Assembly: GCA_035720425.1 (NCBI GenBank)
Contig: DASTOB010000061.1
Location: 29,870-93,869 of the forward strand
Source: Candidatus Limnocylindrales bacterium
GTDB lineage: Bacteria; Chloroflexota; Limnocylindria; Limnocylindrales; CSP1-4
Length of the DNA stretch: 64,000 bases
Direction: 5' to 3'
Made by a program: the position numbers and the translations under genes. Numbering within the stretch: the stretch's first letter is position 1; every line of letters starts with the position of its first letter. Of the stretch, positions 28,004 to 36,393 are shown piece by piece. The notes beneath the pieces are model-generated. The model was not told where the DNA came from, ran no database searches, and saw only the letters and a list, made by a program, of their open reading frames with translations.

Positions 28004-29080
28004 TCAGATCCAGTCGATCCGGCGGAGCACGAGCGCGACGGTCGCCGACAGCGCGACGACGGCGACGGTCACGACCCAGAACCCGGTCGCCTCGCCGCCC
28101 GCGAACGCGGCGCCAGCCTCGCTCATCCCGAAGATGCCGGCCACCGCGCCGATGCCGGCCAGGATGACCGTCACCCCGGTCAGCCGCTTCATGATGAGCG
28201 ACAGGTTGTTGTTGACCGTCGAGAGGTAGACGTCGAGCGTGCCGGAGACGAGCTCGCGGTAGTTGTCGAGCTCGTCGGTGACGCGGATGAGGTGGTCGTA
28301 CACGTCGCGGAAGTAGACGACGTGGGGCGGCCGGATGACGGCCAGGTCGCGGTTCGTCAGCTGGTTGAAGATCTCGCGGGCCGGTGACGTCGCCCGCCGC
28401 ACCGCGATCAACTCGCGCTTGAGCACGAACAGCTGCTCGAGCGTCCAGCGCGACGCCGTGTCGACCACGACGTCCTGGAGCTGGTCAATCTCGTCGGCGA
28501 GCCGATCGAGGACGGGAAAGTACTCGTCAACGATCCAGTCCGCGATCGCGTAGAAGAGGAGGTCCGGCCCCCGCCCCAGGTACTCGCCGGGGTCCACGCG
28601 CAGGAGCGGCGCCGCCGCCGGGTTCCAGCCGTGCTCGTGGGAGGTGACGAGGTAGCGCTCGCCGAGCACGAAGTCGACCTCGATCGTCTGCACCTCGCCT
28701 ACGAATGCGAGCACGAACAGGACGACGTGGACGCACCCCTCCACCTGGTCGACCTTCGCCCGCTGGTGGTGCTCGCCGATGTTCTCCGCGATGAGCGGGT
28801 GAAGCTCGAGGATCCGGGCGACCTCGGCGACCTGGGCCCGGGACGGATCCTCGAGGTCGACCCAGACGAACGCCGCCGGGTCGCGCAGCGCGGCCGCCAG
28901 GCCGTCGAGGCCCACCGTCTCGGATCCGGATCGCCCGGCGCGCGTGATGACGATCCGGACCGTGCCCGGGTTCTCCGTCGGGTCGATCGGGGTCTCGGCG
29001 CCCGGCGCCATCGCCACCCGCCCGGTCCGGGCCCGAGGCGCCCTAGAGGGCGAGCGAGGGCTCGGTGTCGTCTCGTCCAT
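28004..29080 (-). CDS. corA: CorA-family divalent cation transporter
   Basis: Cytoplasmic domain plus two C-terminal TM segments, with MKRLTGVTVILAGIGAVAGIFGMSEAG (GMS where GMN is usual). I chose the start ATG at 29080, which is preceded by GGAGACGGAG; the ATG at 29011 is an alternative. Confidence 0.8.
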   Translation of the reverse strand: MDETTPSPRSPSRAPRARTGRVAMAPGAETPIDPTENPGTVRIVITRAGRSGSETVGLDGLAAALRDPAAFVWVDLEDPSRAQVAEVARILELHPLIAENIGEHHQRAKVDQVEGCVHVVLFVLAFVGEVQTIEVDFVLGERYLVTSHEHGWNPAAAPLLRVDPGEYLGRGPDLLFYAIADWIVDEYFPVLDRLADEIDQLQDVVVDTASRWTLEQLFVLKRELIAVRRATSPAREIFNQLTNRDLAVIRPPHVVYFRDVYDHLIRVTDELDNYRELVSGTLDVYLSTVNNNLSLIMKRLTGVTVILAGIGAVAGIFGMSEAGAAFAGGEATGFWVVTVAVVALSATVALVLRRIDWI

Positions 29081-30704
29081 CGACTCCGTCTCCGTGTGCC
29101 GCGCCCGCGGCGCGAGGGGATGATCCGGGCGCAGCATGCGCCGTTCGCTCGCCCATCGCGAGCGCCGCCGGCGCGGCGGCCGCCGTGAGGCCGGCGGCGA
29201 CGAGGAAGATCCCGACCATGATCCGGGCCGCCTCGCCGGCCGCCCAGTCCTCGAGCGCCTGGACCACGAGCCCGTCGCGGAGCGGACGGTCGCGCAGCTC
29301 GGCGGGAATGAACGCCGTGTATGCGTCCGGCGTGGCGTAGACCTCGTCGTACAGGCGATCGATCGTCGTGGACCCATACGCGGTGAGCACGGCGAGGCCG
29401 ACGGCCATCCCGACCATCCGGGCGACGGTCACGGTCGCCGAGGCGGCCCCGAAGGCGGCCCGGCCGACGGCTTCCACGGCCGCCGTCGAGCGCGGCGTGA
29501 CGGTCAGCCCGAAGCCGAATCCGAAGATCCCAAGGCCGATCGCGACCTGGTCGAGCGGGGTCGACGGCGTCCAGCCGGCCATGGCGGCGAGCGCCGCTGT
29601 ACTCGCACCGAGGCCGGCGATCGTGATGAGCCGAAGTGAGACGACCCGGAGGGCGAAGCCGGACACGAGCGCGCCGAGCGCCGTCGCGCCGGCGAGCGCG
29701 CCGAGGGCAACCTGCTGCTGGGCCGGCCCGCCGTACAGGACGCGGTCGACGAACACTGCGCCGCCGACGATCGCGGTAGCCAGCCCGTAGCCGGTCAGGA
29801 GGCTCACGATCGCGGCCGAGCTGAAGGCCCGGATCCGGAAGAGGCGCGGGTCGAGGAACGGGTCGCTCCGTCGCAGGCCGGCGGCGACCGCGACGAGCGT
29901 CGCTACCGCGGCGATCGCCGCGAGCCACGGGGTCACGGCCGCCGGGTCGACGTCCCCGGGGTCACCGCCGCCCTCGGCACCGATGAGCGTGAGTGCGATC
30001 AGCCCGGCTGCAAGCGCGATGCTGAAGACCACCGCGCCGAGCACGTCGACGCGGCCGTTGCGGCGCGGCGTGTCCCATCCGTGAGAGGCGGCCCAGGCGA
30101 TCGCGAGCGCGGCGATCCCGACGGGGACGTTGAGATAGAAGACCCAGCGCCAGGCAGGCGCAAGCGATTCGAGCAGGAGCGGGTCGTCGAGGCTCGCGCG
30201 GGCGAGGGCCCCTTCGACGTGGATCGCCGACAGGATCGCCGCGCCGAGGAACGGGCCGGCGGCCATGCCGAGGAACGTGAGGGCGCCGACGACGCCGAGG
30301 GCCCGTGGCCGGGCGTGACCGTCGAAGAGGTGGGACGCCGCCGCGGTGGCGACCGGCACGAGGGCCCCGCCGCCCGCGGCCTGGACGAGGCGCGCGGCGA
30401 TGAGCTCCTCGAGTGACTGGGCTCGTCCCGCGAGGGCGGACCCGACGGTGAACACCGCGAGCGCGGCGAGGAACAGGCGGCGGGAGCCCCAGACGTCCGT
30501 GAGCCGACCCGCGAGCGGCATCGCGACGACGTACACGAGCAGGTACCCGTTGACGATCCACGACGCGGTCCGGAGGTGGGTCCAGTCGGCGAGGTCCGTC
30601 ACGATCGACGGCAGGGCGACGGCCGTGATCATGAGCTCGAGCCCGGCGAGGAACACGCCGGCACCGAACACGCCGAGCAGCGCGATCGCGGTCAGGCGGC
30701 CCAT
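29043..30704 (-). CDS. MFS transporter, 14-TM drug:H+ antiporter (DHA2/EmrB-QacA-like)
   Basis: About 14 hydrophobic spans. The N-terminal part reads GLELMITAVALPSIVTDL...LAGRLTDVWGSRR (MFS motif A-like). The start is the ATG at 30704 (MGRLTAIALL). Confidence 0.85.
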   Translation of the reverse strand: MGRLTAIALLGVFGAGVFLAGLELMITAVALPSIVTDLADWTHLRTASWIVNGYLLVYVVAMPLAGRLTDVWGSRRLFLAALAVFTVGSALAGRAQSLEELIAARLVQAAGGGALVPVATAAASHLFDGHARPRALGVVGALTFLGMAAGPFLGAAILSAIHVEGALARASLDDPLLLESLAPAWRWVFYLNVPVGIAALAIAWAASHGWDTPRRNGRVDVLGAVVFSIALAAGLIALTLIGAEGGGDPGDVDPAAVTPWLAAIAAVATLVAVAAGLRRSDPFLDPRLFRIRAFSSAAIVSLLTGYGLATAIVGGAVFVDRVLYGGPAQQQVALGALAGATALGALVSGFALRVVSLRLITIAGLGASTAALAAMAGWTPSTPLDQVAIGLGIFGFGFGLTVTPRSTAAVEAVGRAAFGAASATVTVARMVGMAVGLAVLTAYGSTTIDRLYDEVYATPDAYTAFIPAELRDRPLRDGLVVQALEDWAAGEAARIMVGIFLVAAGLTAAAAPAALAMGERTAHAAPGSSPRAAGAAHGDGVDGRDDTEPSLAL

Positions 30705-30863
30705 CGGTCGATGGTACGCGCGAAGTCGGTGAGCCCACACGGGCGCGGCCGACGCACCACCGGCGCCGCCGGCGCACCATCGTGCTGTCGCCGTGGCATG
30801 CGGCCGCGCAGGCTTCGGCCGACCCGTCACCGTGAGACCCTGTCCGCGGTCGCATCGGCTCCA

Positions 30864-30882
30864 TTGATGCCGCACGCATCAA
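30864..30882. promoter_or_regulatory. Perfect 7-5-7 palindrome TTGATGC-N5-GCATCAA, a candidate operator
   Basis: The palindrome is visible directly in the 418-bp MFS/arsR divergent intergenic region. It shares the core CATCAA/TTGATG with the inverted repeat at the arsR promoter. Further half-sites occur at about 31020 (ATTGATGG) and about 31106 (ATTGATA). Confidence 0.45.
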
Positions 30883-31067
30883 CGGGCGCGTCACGGGGCC
30901 GGCTGGCCGCCCGGGGTCGCCGGCTTGTCGAGCGCCACGCAGCCGGTTATCGATGGACGCGGTGGGATCACGACAAGGCCGGCCGCGCGAGGGACAATCG
31001 CCTCGCCTTGCCCACACGGCATTGATGGAGGCGGTACGCGGGCGCGCAACGGGTGGCGACGGTCCCG

Positions 31068-31127
31068 TTGACAGGGGACGAGCAACCGGGCTAGCATCAA
31101 CGAAGATTGATATAAACGGTCGTTGAT
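31068..31127 (+). promoter_or_regulatory. Sigma70-type promoter plus overlapping inverted-repeat operator for the arsR-PI/PIM operon
   Basis: The promoter reads TTGACA (31068-31073), an 18-nt spacer, then TAGCAT (31092-31097). The inverted repeat ATCAACGA (31096-31103), N16, TCGTTGAT (31120-31127) overlaps the -10 element and the predicted transcription start. Confidence 0.5.
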
Positions 31128-31515
31128 CCGACCGCCACGCACCGGAGCCCCTCCCCTGAGCCCCTCGCCCGCCCGCATTCGCTCGACCCTCGCCACCGTG
31201 CTCGACCAGCCGGACGAGCTGCGCGCCCTCCGCCTCGTCCACAAGACGCTGGCCGACGTCAATCGGCTGCGGATCGTGCGCCGTCTCGCCGAGTCGGACG
31301 CGACGGTGACCGAGCTCATCGAGCATGTCGGCCTGTCGCAGCCGCTCGTGTCGTGGCACCTCGCGCGGCTCCGCGCCGCGGGCCTCGTCGAGACGCGCCG
31401 GAACGGTCGCGAGACGGTGTGCGCCCTTCGGGCGGAGGCGTGGGAAGCCTTCGTCGAGCGGGAGCGCATCGTGCTCGGGCTCGGCGGGGCGGCCGCGCGG
31501 CGGGCCGCCTCGTGA
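31123..31515 (+). CDS. ArsR/SmtB-family transcriptional regulator
   Basis: Winged-HTH region: LADVNRLRIVRRLAESDATVTELIEHVGLSQPLVSWHLARLRAAGLVETRRNGRETVCAL. The start could be the TTG at 31123 or the GTG at 31198. I saw no ELCVCDL-type metal site; the protein has a single Cys. Confidence 0.85.
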   Translation: MIRPPRTGAPPLSPSPARIRSTLATVLDQPDELRALRLVHKTLADVNRLRIVRRLAESDATVTELIEHVGLSQPLVSWHLARLRAAGLVETRRNGRETVCALRAEAWEAFVERERIVLGLGGAAARRAAS

Positions 31516-32195
31516 CCGGCTCGTTCGTCTCCCCAGAGACCCGGCAGCGGATCCGCGGCTGGGCCGTCCCCGTCGCCGTCGCGATGGGTCGCCTCGGCCT
31601 GACCCCGAACGCGCTGACCGTCATCGGCTTCGCCGGCACGACGGTCGCGGCGATCGCGGCGGCCACCCAGCAGTGGCTGCTGGCCGGGATCCTCGTCCTC
31701 GCCTTCGGGATCTTCGACCTGTTCGATGGTGCTCTCGCGCGGGCGACCGGGCGGGCGACGAAGTTCGGTGCGTTCCTCGACTCGACCCTCGACCGAACCG
31801 GCGAGAGCCTCGTCGTCGCCGGTGTGGCGGTCGGGTGTGCGGGCGCGGATTTCATCGCCGGCGTCGCGCTTGCCGGGATCGCTGCGACGTTTGCATCGGG
31901 CGTCACGTACACGAGAGCCAAGGCCGAGGCGCTCGGGCTCCATGGTGAAGTCGGGTTCGCCCCTCGACCCGAACGGCTGGCCATCCTCGCCGCCGGACTC
32001 GTCCTGGCCGACGTATTGGGTGGCGTCGGCCGCGGGGAACCCGCCTCCGAGCTCTTCATCCAGGTCGACCCGGTTTGGCTCACGGGCACGTATGCGCTGA
32101 TGGTGTCGCTCGGCCTCATCGCGATCCTGTCGGCCGTGACCGTCCTCCAGCGCATCGTCCACGTCAAACGACAACTCGAATCCACCGACCAGTAG
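31512..32195 (+). CDS. pgsA: CDP-alcohol phosphatidyltransferase, phosphatidylinositol-phosphate (PIP) synthase-like
   Basis: Motif FDLFDGALARATGRATKFGAFLDSTLDRTGE (D-G-x2-A-R...G-x3-D-x3-D) and six TM segments. The GTG start overlaps the arsR stop (GTGA). The adjacent ino1 and pimA genes support the PIP-synthase assignment. Confidence 0.85.
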   Translation: MTGSFVSPETRQRIRGWAVPVAVAMGRLGLTPNALTVIGFAGTTVAAIAAATQQWLLAGILVLAFGIFDLFDGALARATGRATKFGAFLDSTLDRTGESLVVAGVAVGCAGADFIAGVALAGIAATFASGVTYTRAKAEALGLHGEVGFAPRPERLAILAAGLVLADVLGGVGRGEPASELFIQVDPVWLTGTYALMVSLGLIAILSAVTVLQRIVHVKRQLESTDQ

Positions 32196-32216
32196 TCGAA
32201 CAGCAGGGAGCAGCGA

Positions 32217-33482
32217 ATGGCCACCAACGGCAAGAACGGCAAGGGTGCGAAGAACGGCGCGACGCCGGACAACACGTGGGCGGGCGCCGCCCGCCGCAAG
32301 GACGGCAAGATCCGCGTCGCCATCGTCGGCGTCGGCAACTGCGCCAGCAGCCTCGTCCAGGGCCGCTACTACTACGAGGACGCCAGGGAAGGCGACTTCG
32401 TCCCGGGCCTCATGCACGTCAACCTCGGCGGTTACCACGTCCGCGACATCGAGTTCGTGGCCGCGTTCGACATCGACAAGAACAAGGTCGGCAAGGACCT
32501 CTCGGATGCCATCTACACGAAGCCGAACAACACGTACGTGTTCCAGCAGGTCCCGCACACCGGCGTGACGGTCGAGCGCGGGATGACCCACGACGGCCTC
32601 GGCAAGTACCTGAGCCAGGTCATCGAGAAGGCCCCCGGCGCGACGGCCGACATCGTCGGCATCCTCAAGGAGCGCGAGGTCGACGTCATGGTCAGCTACC
32701 TCCCGGTCGGGAGCGAGCAGGCCACGAAGTGGTACGTCGAGCAGGCCCTCCAGGCGGGCGTCGGGTTCATCAACGCGATCCCGGTGTTCATCGGCCGCGA
32801 GCCGTACTGGCAGCGCCGCTTCGCCGAGGCCGGCCTGCCGGTGATCGGCGACGACATCAAGAGCCAGGTCGGCGCGACGATCAGCCACCGCGTCCTGACC
32901 CGCCTGTTCATGGACCGCGGTGTGCGCCTCGATCGGACCTACCAGCTCAACTTCGGGGGCAACACGGACTTCCTCAACATGCTCGAGCGCGAGCGGCTCG
33001 AGTCGAAGAAGATCAGCAAGACCAACGCCGTCACGTCGATGCTCGACTACGAGCTCGACCCCGACGACGTCCACGTCGGCCCGAGCGACCATGTGCCGTG
33101 GCTGCAGGACCGCAAGTGGTGCTACATCCGGATGGAGGGCACGACCTACGGCGACGTCCCGCTCAACGCGGAGCTCAAGCTCGAGGTCTGGGACAGCCCG
33201 AACAGCGCCGGCGTCATCACCGACGCGATCCGCTGCCTCAAGCTGGGCCTCGACCGAGGTCTCGCGGGCACGCTCGTCGCCCCGTCGAGCTACTTCATGA
33301 AGAGCCCGCCGATCCAGATCCACGACGACATCGCGTTCAACCGCGTCGAGGCGTTCATCCGGGGCGAGGACACGGAAACGCTCGTCGGCACGGAGGCACC
33401 GCAGAAGCGGACCCTCCGCAAGCTGGCCGCGGCGCCGAAGCCGAAGACCGCCACCGCCGAGCGGGCACCCTCCACGCGGTGA
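32217..33482 (+). CDS. ino1: myo-inositol-1-phosphate synthase
   Basis: [17 protein letters not shown]...[15 protein letters not shown]...[17 protein letters not shown]...[13 protein letters not shown]...[12 protein letters not shown]. Confidence 0.92.
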   Translation: MATNGKNGKGAKNGATPDNTWAGAARRKDGKIRVAIVGVGNCASSLVQGRYYYEDAREGDFVPGLMHVNLGGYHVRDIEFVAAFDIDKNKVGKDLSDAIYTKPNNTYVFQQVPHTGVTVERGMTHDGLGKYLSQVIEKAPGATADIVGILKEREVDVMVSYLPVGSEQATKWYVEQALQAGVGFINAIPVFIGREPYWQRRFAEAGLPVIGDDIKSQVGATISHRVLTRLFMDRGVRLDRTYQLNFGGNTDFLNMLERERLESKKISKTNAVTSMLDYELDPDDVHVGPSDHVPWLQDRKWCYIRMEGTTYGDVPLNAELKLEVWDSPNSAGVITDAIRCLKLGLDRGLAGTLVAPSSYFMKSPPIQIHDDIAFNRVEAFIRGEDTETLVGTEAPQKRTLRKLAAAPKPKTATAERAPSTR

Positions 33483-34585
33483 AGCGACGCGCCCTCCGAG
33501 GTCCGAGGCCAGGCTCCGCGAGGCCAGGCTCCGCGAAGCCATCGGCCCGGGGACTCGAGGCGCCGCATCGGCCGCGCCGATCCGGGTCGCGGCTGGTCGA
33601 GCGCTCGGCCGTCGTCGCCTATCGGACCGCGGCCGCGGTCATCGGTCGGCTGCCCGCCGCCCCGGCCCGCTTCGTCATCGGCCTTGGCGCCCAGCTGTCG
33701 TACCTCGCGTGGCCTGCCAAGCGGCGGGGGTCGAACGCGAATTTCGGCCACGTTCTGGGTCTCCCCCCGGACCATCCCCGCGTTCGCCGCCTCGCGCTGG
33801 CGGCCTACCGGGAGTACGCGCGCTACCTCGTCGAGCTCATGCAGCTGCCCCGCCTTCCGGCGTCGGAGGCGGGTCGGCTCCTGCCGACCGTGGACGTCGA
33901 TGCCGTCGAGCCGATCTGGCGCGAGTCGCGCGGCGGGCTCATCTTCGCCGTCGGCCATGTCGGCAACAACGAGGCGGTCGCGGCCGGGATCGCGTCGCGC
34001 GGCTGGCCGATCAGCGTCGTCGCCGACGACACCGCCTTTCCGGAGCTGTACGAGGACTTCCGCCGGATGCGTGCGACGTGGGGAATCCGGCTCATCCCGT
34101 GGCGCAACCTGCGCGAGATCTACGGCGTGCTGCGGCGGCGCGAGATGCTCGGCCTGCTCGTCGACTGGGGCTTTCGCGACGACGGCGTCCCGGTCCGCCT
34201 GCTCGGCAGCTGGACGACGCTGCCGTCGGGACCGGCCACGCTCGCGGCGAAGACCGGGTCGCGCATCCTCCCGATCGTCATCCGCCGCACCGGCGAGTGG
34301 CGCTTCCACGCCGAGTACACCGGCGTCATCGAGGCGACTTCGACGTCGCCGGCGGAGATCCGGCGCGTGACCCAGGCGATCGCCGACTCGCTCGGCGCGG
34401 CGATCGCGGCCGCGCCGCACCAGTGGTACAGCTTCAAGTCGATCTGGCCGGCGACCGCAGAGGAACAGGCTGCGCTCGAGCGGAGGGCGGCCGAGATGGA
34501 CGGGGCGGCCGACGTGCCCGGGGCGGCCGATGCGAACGGGGCGGCCGACGTGCCCGACCCCGCCGCCGAGGCGCGCTCGCCGTGA
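33479..34585 (+). CDS. LpxL/HtrB-family lipid acyltransferase (PIM acyltransferase PatA-like), copy 1
   Basis: [16 protein letters not shown] (HX4D-like region)...[40 protein letters not shown]...PHQWYSF. The GTG start overlaps the ino1 stop (GTGA). The N-terminal 40 aa are basic and repeat-containing ([10 protein letters not shown]). Confidence 0.78.
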   Translation: MKRRALRGPRPGSARPGSAKPSARGLEAPHRPRRSGSRLVERSAVVAYRTAAAVIGRLPAAPARFVIGLGAQLSYLAWPAKRRGSNANFGHVLGLPPDHPRVRRLALAAYREYARYLVELMQLPRLPASEAGRLLPTVDVDAVEPIWRESRGGLIFAVGHVGNNEAVAAGIASRGWPISVVADDTAFPELYEDFRRMRATWGIRLIPWRNLREIYGVLRRREMLGLLVDWGFRDDGVPVRLLGSWTTLPSGPATLAAKTGSRILPIVIRRTGEWRFHAEYTGVIEATSTSPAEIRRVTQAIADSLGAAIAAAPHQWYSFKSIWPATAEEQAALERRAAEMDGAADVPGAADANGAADVPDPAAEARSP

Positions 34586-35610
34586 CCACGGCCGATCCTG
34601 CCGCGCCGGTGGCCGGCCGCGCGGCCGGCACGACTCGGCAGCGCGTTCGCGCGTCGGTCGTGGCCGCCGCGTCGTGGCTCGCCTGTCGACTGCCGGAGGG
34701 ACCGCTCATCCGCCTGGCCGAGGTCGCCGGCGAGCTCCGCTACCGCCTGTCGCCCGCGACCGCCGCGCAGGCGCGGCGCAACCTCGCGCGGGTGACCGCC
34801 TACCTCGACGCGACGGGCACCGGGTCCGATCGGGCCCGCGCCGCGGCGGCGGACCCGCGCGCCCTCGAGCGCCTCGTCCGGGCCGCCTTCCGCCACGCCG
34901 CGCGCTACTACCTCGAGGTCGCCCGCACGCCGGCGGTGACCGATCGGATGCTCCGCGAGCGGCTGCTCATCGAGAATCCCGAGGTCGTCGACGCGGCGTT
35001 CGACGGCGGGCGGGCGCCGATCTTCGTCGGGCTCCACTTCGGCGCGGTCGAGCTGCCGGCGCTCTACCTCGCCTCACGCTCCGGCCGGCCCGCCACCGCG
35101 CCGATGGAAACGATCGACGACCCGCCGCTCCAGGACTGGTTCGTGCGAACGCGCGGCAGCGTCGGGATCCGGATCGTCGGCCTGCGCGAGGCGCGCCGTG
35201 AGCTCCTCGCCGCCCTGCGTCGCGGCGAGCCGGTCGGGCTCGTCGGCGACCGGGACCTGACCGGTGGCGGCGTCGAGTTGCCATTCTTCGGTGCACGGGC
35301 GCCGCTCCCGGCCGGGCCGGCGCTCCTTGCCATCGAGGCGGATGCGCCGCTCTTCGTCGCGTCGGTCCGGCGGGCCGGGCCGGGGCGGTACCGCGGCCGA
35401 CTCCAGCACGTCGAGACCGGCGACGGCACGACCCGCCGCGAGCGGCTCACCTCGACGATGACCGGCCTCGCCCGGGCGTTCGAATCGGCCGTCGCCGATG
35501 CGCCGGAGCAGTGGTGGGCGGTCTTCTTCCCGATCTGGCCGGACCTCGAGGCGGTCGCCGCCGCTGCCGACACGAGCACCGAGCGACGCGGGACCGGGGG
35601 CGGCCGATGA
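34582..35610 (+). CDS. LpxL/HtrB-family lipid acyltransferase, copy 2 (paralogue of the previous gene)
   Basis: APIFVGLHFGAVELPA...LVGDRDLTGGGVELPFFGARAPLPAGPALLAIEADAPLFV...PEQWWAVFFPIW. The GTG start overlaps the upstream stop (GTGA). Confidence 0.78.
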   Translation: MTTADPAAPVAGRAAGTTRQRVRASVVAAASWLACRLPEGPLIRLAEVAGELRYRLSPATAAQARRNLARVTAYLDATGTGSDRARAAAADPRALERLVRAAFRHAARYYLEVARTPAVTDRMLRERLLIENPEVVDAAFDGGRAPIFVGLHFGAVELPALYLASRSGRPATAPMETIDDPPLQDWFVRTRGSVGIRIVGLREARRELLAALRRGEPVGLVGDRDLTGGGVELPFFGARAPLPAGPALLAIEADAPLFVASVRRAGPGRYRGRLQHVETGDGTTRRERLTSTMTGLARAFESAVADAPEQWWAVFFPIWPDLEAVAAAADTSTERRGTGGGR

Positions 35611-36380
35611 CGGATCGACTCGGTCGGGCGGACCTGCACATCCACACGCTCGCCTCGGACGGCACGGCCGGCATCGGCGAGATCCTCGACCACCTCGAGG
35701 CGCGCACGACGCTCGACGTCATCGCGATCACCGATCACGAGCGGATCGATGCCGCCGTCGCCGCGCGGTCGATCGCCCGGGATCGCGGCCTGCGCGCGGA
35801 GGTCGTCGTCGGTGAGGAGGTGACGACGCGCGGCGGCCACCTGCTCGCGCTGTTCATCGAGGAGCGCGTTCGGCCCCTTCGCTCGCTCCGCTCGACGATC
35901 GCCGCGATCCACGACCAGGGCGGGATCGCCATCCCCGCCCATCCGCTCGTGCCGTACCCGCTGTGCGCCCAGGGGTTCGTCCTGCGCGGCCTCCTCGACG
36001 ACCCGGACGAGCGCGTCCATCCCGACGCGATCGAGACGTTCAACCCGACGACGCTCGGGCGGCCGTGGCACGGCCGAGTGGTCCGCTTCGCGGAGGAATA
36101 CGGGCTGGCCAAGGTCGGCAACAGCGACGCCCACGCGGTCGAGGCGATCGGGACCGGCTGGACAACGTTCCCCGGGCGGAGCGCGGACGACCTGCGTCGC
36201 GCGATCGCGGAGCGGCGCACCCACCACCATGGTGCGTTCCACGGAACCGGGTCGCAGATCACGACGTTCGGGCGGCAGCTCCGCAAGTACGGCCGCGACG
36301 CCCGCGACACCGTTCGCGGGCGTCTCCTGCGCGACGGTTCCGGCCGGGACCTGGGCTACCCGGAGGCGGGCGGGCGATGA
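35607..36380 (+). CDS. PHP-domain metal-dependent phosphoesterase
   Basis: ADLHIHTLASDGT...VIAITDHERID...GGIAIPAHP...ETFNP...GNSDAHAVEAIG (PHP His/Asp motifs). The ATG start overlaps the upstream stop (ATGA). Confidence 0.85.
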   Translation: MTDRLGRADLHIHTLASDGTAGIGEILDHLEARTTLDVIAITDHERIDAAVAARSIARDRGLRAEVVVGEEVTTRGGHLLALFIEERVRPLRSLRSTIAAIHDQGGIAIPAHPLVPYPLCAQGFVLRGLLDDPDERVHPDAIETFNPTTLGRPWHGRVVRFAEEYGLAKVGNSDAHAVEAIGTGWTTFPGRSADDLRRAIAERRTHHHGAFHGTGSQITTFGRQLRKYGRDARDTVRGRLLRDGSGRDLGYPEAGGR

Positions 36381-36393
36381 AGAGCGGCGGCCG

